Assembly (NCBI GenBank): GCA_018003315.1
Contig: JAGNEJ010000015.1
Span: forward strand, 1,576 to 65,575
Source: Verrucomicrobiales bacterium
GTDB taxonomy: Bacteria > Verrucomicrobiota > Verrucomicrobiia > Verrucomicrobiales > V1-33
Direction of reading: 5' to 3'
Length of the DNA: 64,000 nucleotides
Position 1 is the first letter of the stretch. Each line of letters begins with the position of its first letter. Positions 55,146 through 64,000 of this stretch are shown one piece after another. A program made the position numbers and the translations under genes. The notes beneath the pieces were generated by a model, which was not told the origin of the DNA, did no database searches, and saw nothing but the letters and a program-made list of their open reading frames with translations.

Positions 55146-58100
55146 TCAGAGCGGGGAGACCGTCAGGCGCAAGAAAATCCGCTGGTTCGCTCCCACGGGC
55201 ACCCCGAACGTGCAGCCTGTGGGCGCTGGATCGGTGTCGGGAATAGCGATCCAGTCACCAGGATTGCTGGAGAGCGTGGTGCTCCATTCCGCGCCGTAGG
55301 TGATGCCGCTGACGCCGCCGGGCTGGGTGAAACGGATGACAAAGTTGCCATCGGTGACCTGGCCATGCGGCAGCAGCTTCGAGGAGGCGAGTGTGGGATT
55401 CAGGCCGAAGGCGAACTCCAGCAGGTTCGAGAGGCCATCAAGGTCATAATCAAACAGGTCCGCCGCGTTTCCGCTGTTGCTCGCGGTCCCGAAATGGGTC
55501 AGTCGCCACGCCTGAATCGCGGTTGGCTGAATGGTGACGGTAAAAGACTGGCTGGAGGTGGTCAGTGTCGTCCCCGCACCGCCGATGGCACTGTCATCCG
55601 TCAGCGAGACGCTGATGCTGGCCGTGCCGGGCGTGCCATTGGGCGTGTAGTGGAGCGTGCCGCTGCTGTCGATCTCAGGTGCGACTGCAAAAACGCCGCC
55701 GCCGCTGATGATGCTGACATTGAACGCAAGCTCCTGCGCCACGGTGCTGTCGCCATCGCTGAAAACCGTAATGAAACTTCCCACGTTCTGCGCCCCTGCG
55801 TCGCTGGCAATTGTCTGATTGGCACCGATTGTAAAGCTTGGCATCTCGTTGACGTTCGTGATGCTGACAATGATCGCCTCCTCGCAGCTCAATGCCGGTG
55901 TGCCACTGTCGGTAGCGCGGAGGCGGACCGAGTAGCTGCTCTTGTTCTCAAAATCCGCACTGCTGGTGAGGCGAAGTTGGTCGCCGCTGAGGTTGAAAGC
56001 GCCATTGTCCGAATCTCCTTCTCCTGCGACAAGTTCATAGGTGTGCGACTGCCCGGCATCGGCATCGGATGCGGAGAGCGTGCCGACCACGGCGTTGGCG
56101 GGGTGGTTTTCAGCGATGCTGGCGGGGCTGAGTGCGATGTCGGTGGGCGCGGCCAGGCCGGTGCCCTGGATGGCAAAGTCGAAGGGGTTCTCGTCCGCAT
56201 CGTCATTGGCGATGCTCAACGTCGCGCTGCGCAGGCCTGGGGCAGAAGGATCGAAGGTCACATCAAAAGTGGTGCTGGCGGAGGCGGCGACGGATGTCGC
56301 GGGCTGGAGCGTGACGGTGAAGTCTGCCGCATGAGTGCCGCCGACCACCACCCGCGGCGTGCCGCTGAGGTTGAGGTTGCCGTCGCCGGTGTTGTGAATC
56401 GTGAAGGTACGCACCACGGTGGAACTGCCGGCGGCAACCGCGCCGCCGAAGTCTGTATGATCGGTGAGGTCAGGCGTGGCGTCACCGTCCGCGATGGTGT
56501 TGCCATTGCCGGAGGCGGTGATCTCAGGATTGGTCAGAAGCGTCGCCCACTTCAGATCGATCTCTCCGCCAAGGTAACTGATGGCAGGATTGGTGCCCAG
56601 AGCAGTGAGCGAGGGGTTGGCACCGCCGACCTGGTCCACGATCAGCGGAGCACCCCAGGTTGCGCCGTTGCTGTCGTTGGCGCGGATGTAGTTGAGGTTG
56701 CTGTTGACGAAGTCGTTGTAGCTGATGGCCGGATGGCCATCAATGACGGCGAGGGAGGCGTAATTGCCGCCGTTCCCATCCACGATCACCGGCGCGCCCC
56801 AGCTCCCCCCGTTCGCGTCGGTGGCGCGCACAAACTTGAGGTCGGTGTTGGTCTGGTCGTAGTAGCCGATGGCAGGATGGCCGCCGACCACGGCCAGCGA
56901 GCACCCGCTGCCGACAAACCCGGTTGACTCCACCGTCAGCGACGCGCCCCAACTCGTGCCATCGGCATCATTGGCGCGGACAAAAACCAAATTATCGTCG
57001 CTCACGCCGCTGACTTGCGTGCGTTGAGTGTGGCAGATCGCCGGTCGGCCATTGACCACGGCCAAGGACAGTTCCTGAGTCAAGGAGAAGTCCGAAGTCG
57101 GCATCGTGTCCGCCGTCACGGGCGAGGCCCAGGCCGTGCCATTCGCATCACTGGCTCGGACGTATATAAAGAGTCGGTTGGTGAGATCGAAGTGAGCGAT
57201 GGCGGGTCGGCCATTGACGACCGCCAGCGAGGCGTCGTAGCCGAGTTGCGCGCCAGCATTGCTTTCGGCAAAGACCGGCGCGCCCCAGGTGGCGCCGTCC
57301 GCGTCGTTGGCGCGGATGTATTTAAGGTCGCTGTTGGTCTGGTCCTGATAGGCGATGGCCGGCTGGCCGTTCACGACTGCGAGCGAGCAGTAGGATCCCA
57401 CATCCCCGATGCTGTCCAAGGTCACCGGTGTGCCCCATGCCGTCCCCGTCGCGTTGGTAGCGCGCACATACCGGAGGTCGCGATTGGTCTGGTCGTGGTA
57501 AGCGATGGCCGGGTTGCCATTGACGATGGCCTGGCTGGTCCAATAGCCCGTCTGGCCTCGCACGGAGCCTGTATCCACCATCACTGCCGCGCCCCACGCA
57601 GTGCCACTCACATCGGTGGCGCGGATGAACTTCAATTCCGCGTTGGTGTTGTCGAGGCAGGTGATCGCCGGGTTGCCGTCGGCAACCACCATCGAAGTCC
57701 AGCGGCCCACATCGCCGGTGCTGGCCACCGTGACGCCTGCCGCGGGCCAGCCCGCTCCGCTGGCGTCATTGGCCCGCAGGTATTTGAGATCAAGATTCGT
57801 GCGGTCGAAGTAACTGATCGCCGGCCGGCCATTGACGATTCTCAACGAGCAGTCTTCTCCCACAACCCCGCTGCTCTCCAGCACCAGCGGCGAACTCCAG
57901 GACGCGCCATTGGCATCGCTGGCGCGCACATACATGAGATCGCCGTTCGTGTTGTCATCATAGGCCACGGCGGGATTGCCGTTCACCACCGCGAGCGAGA
58001 AGTCCAAAAGACCGGCAAAGCCGCCGGTGCCCAACACCACGGGACCGCCCCAGGTCGCGCCATCGGCATCCGCCGCGCGGATGTATTTGACCTGCTTGTT

Positions 58101-61100
58101 GGTGCCCTCACCGTAGGCGATGGCCGGGTTGCCATTGACCACCGTCATGGAGGGCGCGTGACCAACAATGCCGGCGCTGTCCAGAGTGATGGGCGCGCCC
58201 CAACTCGACCCGGTGGAATCGCTGGCGCGCACGTATTTGAGATCGCCCACGGTGACAAACGATCCACCGACGAGGGCTGTCGTGCCATCGTAATAGGCGA
58301 CAGCCGGGCGGCCGTTGACCACGGCGAGTGAAACGGCGGCGTTGGAGACCACCTCGACCGTGACCGGTTCGCCCCAACTGCTGCCATTTGCATCATTGGC
58401 GCGCACATACTTGACCCCGCCGCTACCGCTGGTAAAAGCCAAGGCCGGGCGGCCATCCACCACGGCCAGCGATGGCGGCATGGACAGGAAAGACTGGCCT
58501 GACACCACCGCCACGATGCTCCAGACGCCCGAGCCATCGGCGGCGCTGTTGCGGGCATAGTAGATCGTGGCTCCGGTGCTGCTGTAGAAGGCAATGGCGG
58601 GATTGCCATTGACCACCGTCATCGAGTTATAGAATCCCGTGGTGCCGCCGCTGCCGACATCCAGCGTCTGAGTGACAAAGACCGGCGCGCCCGGTGTCGA
58701 GGAATTGCGGGTGACGGTGATCGTGTAAGTGCGTGTCGGAACGCCACCTGTCGCCGTGCAGCGCACACGGATTTGATTCGGGCCGACATTGAGTCCCATC
58801 GGACTGCTCGGGCTGCCGGAACCCAGCGGGAACCAGCCACCTGCATTGAGTTGCACCTGCAAGGTCGCACCTCCCTGCGCAGGCACGGCGGTGACGGTAG
58901 TCGTGTCCGTAGTAAAAGGCACCGTTGCCGTGTAGCTGTCCGTGGTGGGAGAGAACAAAGGCGAGATGGCCGCCGCGCTCAGGCTGAGTGACGCGAGGTT
59001 CGCCGTGTCCGTCATCGTGATGGTGAAGGTCTGCTCGACCGTCGTCAGAGCGGTGCCCGCGCCGCCGATGCTGGTGTCGTCGGTGAGCGTGACGCTGATC
59101 GTTGCCGTGCCTGCCGTGCCGTTCGGCGTGTAGCTCAGCGCGCCATTGCTGCTGATGGCGGGCGCGACGGTGAAAAGTCCCGCGCCGCTGGTGACGCTAA
59201 CATTGAACGAGAGCGACTGCGCCACCGCGCCATCGCCGTCATCAAACACGGTGATGAAGCCGCCGACGCCCTGCACTGTTGACGTTGTCGGGATCAGTTG
59301 ATCCGCGCCGATGACGAAGCTGGGCGGATCATTCACATCAGTGACGCTGACATAGACAATCGCATCATGTGTGCCCGAGCCGCTGTCGGTCGCGCGGAGG
59401 CGGAGGCTGCAAACGCTCTGCGTCTCGAACTCGGCGCGCCCGTTTATCTTGAGCGTGCTGCCCGCGATGGTGAACGCGGCGTTGTCCGCGTCACCCGCGC
59501 CAGCCACGAACGCGAAGGTGTGCGGCCCCGCCGCGCCGGCATAGGTCGCGGAGAGCGTGCCGACCGTCGCGCCGGGCGCGTTGTGCTCCGCGAGGGTGGC
59601 GGGGCTGAGCGTGATGTCGGACGCGACGCCGGAGGGCGGGCCGAGTCCGGTGAAGATGCAGGCCGCGCCTGCGTTGGTGGCGGCCTCATCCGGCGTGGTG
59701 TTGATGCCGGTGGTGTTGCTGTCCTCGAAAGGCGCGCCGACGATGGCGGTGTCACCTGAGACGGCGACCGAGATGCCAAAGTTGTCGGACTGCTGTTCCG
59801 TACCGGCGAATTGCGTTTTAAGAAACGCCTGCTGGCTCCACGTCGTCCCGCTGCGTGTGAACACGAACGCCGCGCCCGCGCCCGTCGCGCCTTCGTCCGG
59901 CGTGGCGTTCACGCCGACGGTGCTGCTGTTTTCAAACGGTGCGCCGACCGTGAGCGTGTCGCCCGCGACTGAGACGGACGAACCGAAAGCATCGCCTGCC
60001 TGCGTGACGCCAGCCGCGCCGGGTTTCAGGTAGGCCTGCTGCGACCACGTCGTGCCGCTGCGCGTGAACACATAGGCTGCTCCCGATCCCCCTGCATTTT
60101 CATCGGGCGTGCTGTTGACGCCGGTGGTGCCGCTGTCCTCGCCCGATGCTCCGACGACGAGCGTGTTGCCTGACATCGACACGGCGCTGCCGAAGCTGTC
60201 GCCCGCCTGGGTCGTTCCCACGGCGGCAGGTTTCAGATACGCCTGCTGGCTCCATACGCCGCCGCTGCGCGTGAACACATAGGTGGCACCGGCCTCCGCC
60301 GCGCTTTCATTGGCACTGCTGTTGATACCGGTGGTGCTGCTGTCCTCGCCGACGGCGCCGACGATCACCGTCTCCCCCGAGGCGGCAACCGAAAAGCCAA
60401 ATCCATCGCCCGCCTGCGTGGTACCGACCACCGCTGGTTTCAAATACGCCTGCTGCGTCCACACACCGCCGCTGCGTGAGAAGACATAAGCCGCACCGGC
60501 ATTCGAGGCGCTCTCGTTGGCCGCGCTGTTGATGCCGGTGCTGCTGCTGTCCTCCTGGGGCGCGCCCACCACGGCTACATCCCCATCCACCGCGACGGAG
60601 AAGCCGAAGCGGTCATCCGCCTGCGTGCCGCCCACGGCCGCAGGCTTCAAATACGCCTGCTGGCTCCACGTCGTGCCGCTGCGCGTGAAGACGTACGCCG
60701 CGCCGCTTTGCCGCGACTGCGGCACCGGCGGATCAGTCGGCGTGCTGTTCACGCCAAGTGAGTCGCTGTCCTCGAACGGTGCGCCGACGATGAGCGTGTC
60801 TCCTGAGAGTCCCACCGAAGAGCCGAAATAATCCTCCCGGTGCGTGGTGCCAATGGTGGAGGCCTTGACGTAAGCCTGCTGCGTCCACACACCGTTGCTG
60901 CGCACAAAAACATAGACCGCTCCCGTGCTGACGTAGCCGAAGACATCGTCGGCGGCGCTGTTCACGCCAGTGGTGCTGCTGTCCTCACCCGGCGCACCCA
61001 CCGCCACAGTGTCCCCAGAGATCGCCACCGCCTTGCCGAAGGTATCGCCCGCCTGGGTGAGTCCATTGGTCGCCGTGGCCGCCTTCACATAAGCCTGCTG

Positions 61101-63311
61101 CGTCCACGTCGTGCCGCTGCGCGTGAAGATGTTGGCTGCTCCGGCTTTGGCGGCGCTTTCATCGGGCGTGCTGTTCACGCCGGAGGAGTTGCTGTCCTCC
61201 AGAGGTGCGCCTGCGATGGCTGTGCCACCCGAAACTGCCACGGCATAGCCGAACAAATCCACATCCTGCGCCGTACCGATGCTGCCGGGCTTCAAATAGG
61301 CCTGCTGGCTCCACACCGTGCCGCTGCGCGTGAACACATAGGCTGCGCCCGCATCCGCGGCATTGCCATCAGGCGTGCTGTTCACACCCGTGCTGCTGCT
61401 GTTCTCGTAGGGTGCGCCCACAATCACTGTGTCAGCGGAGATGGCGACAGAATTGCCGAATTGATCACCCGACTGCGAGGTTCCAACCGCGGCAGGCTTC
61501 AAGTAGGCCTGCTGGCTCCACACCGTGCCGTTGCGGGTGAAGACAAACGTCGCCCCTGAATTCAGTGCGTTCTCGTCCGCCGCGCTGTTCACGCCCAGGC
61601 TGCTGCTGTCCTCGCCCGCCGCTCCGACCACCGCGGTATCGCCGGACACGGCGACGGAGTAGCCGAAATTGTCGCCTGCCTGCGTGGTGCCGACGGCGGC
61701 GGGCTTGAGCACCGTCTGCTGGCTCCAGACCGTGCCGCTGCGGGTGAAGACATAGGCCGTGCCGGCGTCGCCTGCCCCTTCGTTAGGCACTGCATTGATG
61801 CCCGTGGTGCTGCTGTCCTCGGTCGGTGCGCCGACGATGACCGTGTCCCCGCTCACGCTCACCGAGGCTCCGAAGTTGTCGCTGGCTTGCGAAGTGCCCA
61901 CCGCCGCCGGTTTCAAATACGCCTGCTGCGTCCACGTCGTGCCGGTCCGGGTGAAAACATAGGTCGCCCCCGCGTTCGGCGCGTTTTCATCAGGCGTTGT
62001 GTTGACGCCCGTGGTGCTGCTGTCCTCGCCATTCGCCCCGGCCACTAGCGTGTTGCCGTCGATGGCCACCGAGAATCCGAACTGATCATCCGCCTGGGTG
62101 GTGCCAACCGCGCCCGGCTTGATGTAAGCCTGCTGGCTCCAGGTGGTACTGCTGCGTGTGAAAACGAATACCGCCCCGGAGTTGAGCGCGTTGTCATTGG
62201 CCGCGCTGTTTACGCCCGTCACACTGCCGTCCTCCCAGCGCGCACCGACGACTGCCGTGTCACCCGAAATGGCGACCGACCAGCCAAACTGGTCATAAAG
62301 GAGCGAGCCGCTGCCAAACGGTGCTTTGAGATACGCCTGCTGTGTCCACACGCCGCCGCTGCGCACAAAGATGTAGGCCGCCCCGGCGTTCGTCGCGCTT
62401 TCATCCGGAGCCGAGTTCACGCCGGTCGAACTGCTGTCCTCCAGCGGCGCGCCCACGATCACCGTGTCGCCCGACACGCCCACGGCGAACCCAAAATAGT
62501 CCGTCGCCTGCGACGCACCCACATGGCTCGGCTTCAAATACGCCTGTTGAGCGATAGGATCGACCGTGATCGGATACCGCGCGCCGCGTTCGTCCACACG
62601 GATCACCACCGTGTCGTCCCCGCCGCGCTCGAAGCGTGCGGGCAGCGTCTTGCCATCCGCGTCCCAGACCTTCAGGCCGGAATAAATCACCACGGCGGCG
62701 CCTTGCTGGTCGCGAAATTGCACCGCATCCTTCGCCACATCCGCTCGCAACGATCCGCGCACCCCCAGTTCAAAGCACAACTCTCCTTCCGCCGAGCCCG
62801 CCGGTGGCTCCTTCACCGTGAAGCCATGCTCCAGCCCGCGCTGGTCATTCACATGCCACTCCTCCAGCACTTCACTCCATTGATACGTGAACCGCTGCCC
62901 CTCGGTCCGGGCCTTCGGCTGCCCGCTGATCACACGCATCTCATTGATGAAACCAAAGCGTCGCAACGCCAATCCCCATCGCCACCGGGCATCGCGGGGC
63001 TTCGTTTCAAACCCGCGTCCATCAAACGTCGTGGCCCACTGCTGTTCGGGATTGCGCGTCTGCCACCTGCCGGATTCACCGTCCACCGCCCGCACCTCAT
63101 AACGCCCCGCTTCGTAAGCCGCACGGATGCTCTGCCAGTCTGATTTTGCCAGCCCCTTCGGCACTGCACCCGGCGAAGGTCCTGGTGAGAAGTCGTGGCC
63201 GAAAGATTTCTGCGCCTCCAGAGCGGTGCTCGATGCCCCTGGGCTTGCAAGCAGCGCAGCCACCGCAAGGAGCGCCAGCAATGGATGAAACCTGGAATCG
63301 GGAAGTTTCAT
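55146..63311 (-). CDS. giant exported repeat protein (2721 aa): FG-GAP-like repeat array, cadherin-like domains, second propeller-like repeat array, HYDIN/choice-of-anchor-D-like domain
   Basis: Signal peptide [28 protein letters not shown]. Fourteen units of [45 protein letters not shown].... Two cadherin-like segments ending in [10 protein letters not shown] and [10 protein letters not shown]. Fourteen units of SLAVVNGxPAIAYxDxTNxDLKYVRAxDAxGxxWGxPV. Confidence 0.88.
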   Translation of the reverse strand: MKLPDSRFHPLLALLAVAALLASPGASSTALEAQKSFGHDFSPGPSPGAVPKGLAKSDWQSIRAAYEAGRYEVRAVDGESGRWQTRNPEQQWATTFDGRGFETKPRDARWRWGLALRRFGFINEMRVISGQPKARTEGQRFTYQWSEVLEEWHVNDQRGLEHGFTVKEPPAGSAEGELCFELGVRGSLRADVAKDAVQFRDQQGAAVVIYSGLKVWDADGKTLPARFERGGDDTVVIRVDERGARYPITVDPIAQQAYLKPSHVGASQATDYFGFAVGVSGDTVIVGAPLEDSSSTGVNSAPDESATNAGAAYIFVRSGGVWTQQAYLKAPFGSGSLLYDQFGWSVAISGDTAVVGARWEDGSVTGVNSAANDNALNSGAVFVFTRSSTTWSQQAYIKPGAVGTTQADDQFGFSVAIDGNTLVAGANGEDSSTTGVNTTPDENAPNAGATYVFTRTGTTWTQQAYLKPAAVGTSQASDNFGASVSVSGDTVIVGAPTEDSSTTGINAVPNEGAGDAGTAYVFTRSGTVWSQQTVLKPAAVGTTQAGDNFGYSVAVSGDTAVVGAAGEDSSSLGVNSAADENALNSGATFVFTRNGTVWSQQAYLKPAAVGTSQSGDQFGNSVAISADTVIVGAPYENSSSTGVNSTPDGNAADAGAAYVFTRSGTVWSQQAYLKPGSIGTAQDVDLFGYAVAVSGGTAIAGAPLEDSNSSGVNSTPDESAAKAGAANIFTRSGTTWTQQAYVKAATATNGLTQAGDTFGKAVAISGDTVAVGAPGEDSSTTGVNSAADDVFGYVSTGAVYVFVRSNGVWTQQAYVKASTIGTTHREDYFGSSVGLSGDTLIVGAPFEDSDSLGVNSTPTDPPVPQSRQSGAAYVFTRSGTTWSQQAYLKPAAVGGTQADDRFGFSVAVDGDVAVVGAPQEDSSSTGINSAANESASNAGAAYVFSRSGGVWTQQAYLKPAVVGTTQAGDGFGFSVAASGETVIVGAVGEDSSTTGINSSANESAAEAGATYVFTRSGGVWSQQAYLKPAAVGTTQAGDSFGSAVSMSGNTLVVGASGEDSGTTGVNSTPDENAGGSGAAYVFTRSGTTWSQQAYLKPGAAGVTQAGDAFGSSVSVAGDTLTVGAPFENSSTVGVNATPDEGATGAGAAFVFTRSGTTWSQQAFLKTQFAGTEQQSDNFGISVAVSGDTAIVGAPFEDSNTTGINTTPDEAATNAGAACIFTGLGPPSGVASDITLSPATLAEHNAPGATVGTLSATYAGAAGPHTFAFVAGAGDADNAAFTIAGSTLKINGRAEFETQSVCSLRLRATDSGSGTHDAIVYVSVTDVNDPPSFVIGADQLIPTTSTVQGVGGFITVFDDGDGAVAQSLSFNVSVTSGAGLFTVAPAISSNGALSYTPNGTAGTATISVTLTDDTSIGGAGTALTTVEQTFTITMTDTANLASLSLSAAAISPLFSPTTDSYTATVPFTTDTTTVTAVPAQGGATLQVQLNAGGWFPLGSGSPSSPMGLNVGPNQIRVRCTATGGVPTRTYTITVTRNSSTPGAPVFVTQTLDVGSGGTTGFYNSMTVVNGNPAIAFYSSTGATIYYARNSAADGSGVWSIVAVVSGQSFLSMPPSLAVVDGRPALAFTSGSGGVKYVRANDANGSSWGEPVTVEVVSNAAVSLAVVNGRPAVAYYDGTTALVGGSFVTVGDLKYVRASDSTGSSWGAPITLDSAGIVGHAPSMTVVNGNPAIAYGEGTNKQVKYIRAADADGATWGGPVVLGTGGFAGLLDFSLAVVNGNPAVAYDDNTNGDLMYVRASDANGASWSSPLVLESSGVVGEDCSLRIVNGRPAISYFDRTNLDLKYLRANDASGAGWPAAGVTVASTGDVGRWTSMVVADGNPAITCLDNTNAELKFIRATDVSGTAWGAAVMVDTGSVRGQTGYWTSQAIVNGNPAIAYHDQTNRDLRYVRATNATGTAWGTPVTLDSIGDVGSYCSLAVVNGQPAIAYQDQTNSDLKYIRANDADGATWGAPVFAESNAGAQLGYDASLAVVNGRPAIAHFDLTNRLFIYVRASDANGTAWASPVTADTMPTSDFSLTQELSLAVVNGRPAICHTQRTQVSGVSDDNLVFVRANDADGTSWGASLTVESTGFVGSGCSLAVVGGHPAIGYYDQTNTDLKFVRATDANGGSWGAPVIVDGNGGNYASLAVIDGHPAISYNDFVNSNLNYIRANDSNGATWGAPLIVDQVGGANPSLTALGTNPAISYLGGEIDLKWATLLTNPEITASGNGNTIADGDATPDLTDHTDFGGAVAAGSSTVVRTFTIHNTGDGNLNLSGTPRVVVGGTHAADFTVTLQPATSVAASASTTFDVTFDPSAPGLRSATLSIANDDADENPFDFAIQGTGLAAPTDIALSPASIAENHPANAVVGTLSASDADAGQSHTYELVAGEGDSDNGAFNLSGDQLRLTSSADFENKSSYSVRLRATDSGTPALSCEEAIIVSITNVNEMPSFTIGANQTIASDAGAQNVGSFITVFSDGDSTVAQELAFNVSIISGGGVFAVAPEIDSSGTLHYTPNGTPGTASISVSLTDDSAIGGAGTTLTTSSQSFTVTIQPTAIQAWRLTHFGTASNSGNAADLFDYDLDGLSNLLEFAFGLNPTLASSKLLPHGQVTDGNFVIRFTQPGGVSGITYGAEWSTTLSSNPGDWIAIPDTDPAPTGCTFGVPVGANQRIFLRLTVSPL
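56541..58649 (-). repeat. 14 tandem ~140-150-nt coding repeats (~47-50 aa, propeller-blade-like)
   Basis: I counted 14 occurrences of the (V/I)(V/A)(N/D/G)G.PA(I/V/L)(A/S/G/T/C) core between aa ~1555 and ~2257 of the giant ORF. Confidence 0.8.
59649..62552 (-). repeat. 14 tandem ~207-nt coding repeats (FG-GAP-like, ~69 aa each)
   Basis: I counted 14 occurrences of the QQ(A/T)(Y/F/V)(L/I/V)K repeat start between aa 254 and 1221 of the giant ORF. Confidence 0.85.
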
Positions 63312-63617
63312 GGTGGTGCGGGATTGGGAGCGAACCCCGCCGCCGGGGGAAGGCCGCGGGAATTGAGGATTGCATCACCAAACAGGACCCGGCCTTTCAT
63401 GGGATCGCTGTTTTTCCCTCGCAGGACAAAACGCATTTCCGTCGCGGCTTGGATCCATCCGCAACCAGCAGCGATCTCCCTCGCCGCATGCCCGGAAGCC
63501 ATGCTCCGGTGGTTTCATGAGACGCCTCCAACGTGCCCGCGATCACACAAAGCTCAAGTGCGGATTTTGCTCGCACCCGCCTCCGTTCCGGCGCTGCCGA
63601 CTTGCCTCGGCAGGATT

Positions 63618-64000
63618 TCAGCGGGACGCTCCGCACCCGGCATCCCGGGGATCATCGAGGGCAAGAATGGCGAGACTGGTGGTTTCGACATTGGCCATGC
63701 CGACCGGTGTGCCATTGCGCTGGTAGTCGGTGATCCAGCCTCCGGAGGCCGCCTGCATGTGGAGCAGACGCTCGCGCACGGCTGTCAGCGCCGGTGATGA
63801 CAGTGCGAAGCGCCGCGCCGCCTGCAAAGCAAGGGCCAGTTTGTAGGTGGCGTAAAGTTCTGACTTTCGGGCGGCGGCATCCATGAACCCGGTTCCGTCC
63901 CACATGGCCATTGCCACATCGAAGCGGGCCCGGGCCTTTACGGTGTCCGGTTCGGCAATGGCCGCAAAACACAGCAGGTCTGCGTAGCGCTCAAAATCCG
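63618..64000 (-). CDS. hypothetical protein, 5'-partial (runs off the window)
   Basis: The frame stays open from the window edge: ...DFERYADLLCFAAIAEPDTVKARARFDVAMAMWDGTGF...ASGGWITDYQRNG...LAILALDD, then a stop at 63618. No family recognised; it may be alpha/alpha-toroid-like. Confidence 0.45.
   Translation of the reverse strand, partial: DFERYADLLCFAAIAEPDTVKARARFDVAMAMWDGTGFMDAAARKSELYATYKLALALQAARRFALSSPALTAVRERLLHMQAASGGWITDYQRNGTPVGMANVETTSLAILALDDPRDAGCGASR

Noticed and set aside
55146-63311. Periodic DNA repeats as a CRISPR array or satellite
   Set aside because: The periodicity (about 207 nt and about 145 nt) lies entirely within one long open reading frame and translates into conserved protein repeats. 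There are no short identical direct repeats separated by unique spacers.

Overview
High-GC chromosomal window, about 64 kb. Gene content points to a Verrucomicrobiota/PVC-type genome: a DUF4175-like protein next to a prenyltransferase-repeat protein, giant FG-GAP/cadherin-like surface proteins, and many exported proteins of unknown function. This placement is inference only. Because of the GC content, almost every real gene has long antisense shadow ORFs, which I rejected. Housekeeping genes I could support: tRNA-Val, tRNA-Leu, tRNA-Ser, an ABC-2 exporter pair, sdaA, a PBP5-like carboxypeptidase, pfk, trpS, lpxI-like, gcvT/gcvH, two exported cyclophilins, pgi, an MsbA-like exporter, a GT9 heptosyltransferase, pyrC, an S41 C-terminal processing peptidase and a HAD-IB hydrolase. 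Accessory or mobile content falls in two places. (1) A small decayed islet at about 12.2-14.4 kb holds a transposase-like remnant, a zinc-ribbon ORF, vapBC and a truncated tyrosine recombinase. (2) A roughly 6.5-kb AT-richer mobile patch at about 36.0-42.6 kb abuts the 3' end of tRNA-Ser. It holds a tyrosine recombinase plus IS91-family Y2 transposase, hicAB, a secreted ORF, and a group II intron with a clear RT/maturase and domain V but no canonical 5' end that I can see. The best candidates for undescribed biology are: (a) a tandem triad of secreted paralogues built from a repeated beta-sandwich-like module, set divergently to a DUF4175-like / prenyltransferase-repeat / 8x-module lectin-like operon (14.5-24.9 kb); (b) an exported protein with three copies of a MinD-membrane-targeting-like amphipathic motif (KKPGFFKRLLG), translationally coupled to an L,D-transpeptidase; (c) a 2721-aa surface protein with two separate 14-unit repeat arrays; and (d) the atypical intron and its short three-copy sequence motif. 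No CRISPR array, rRNA or recognisable riboswitch was seen. All homology calls come from motif recognition by eye, not database searches.
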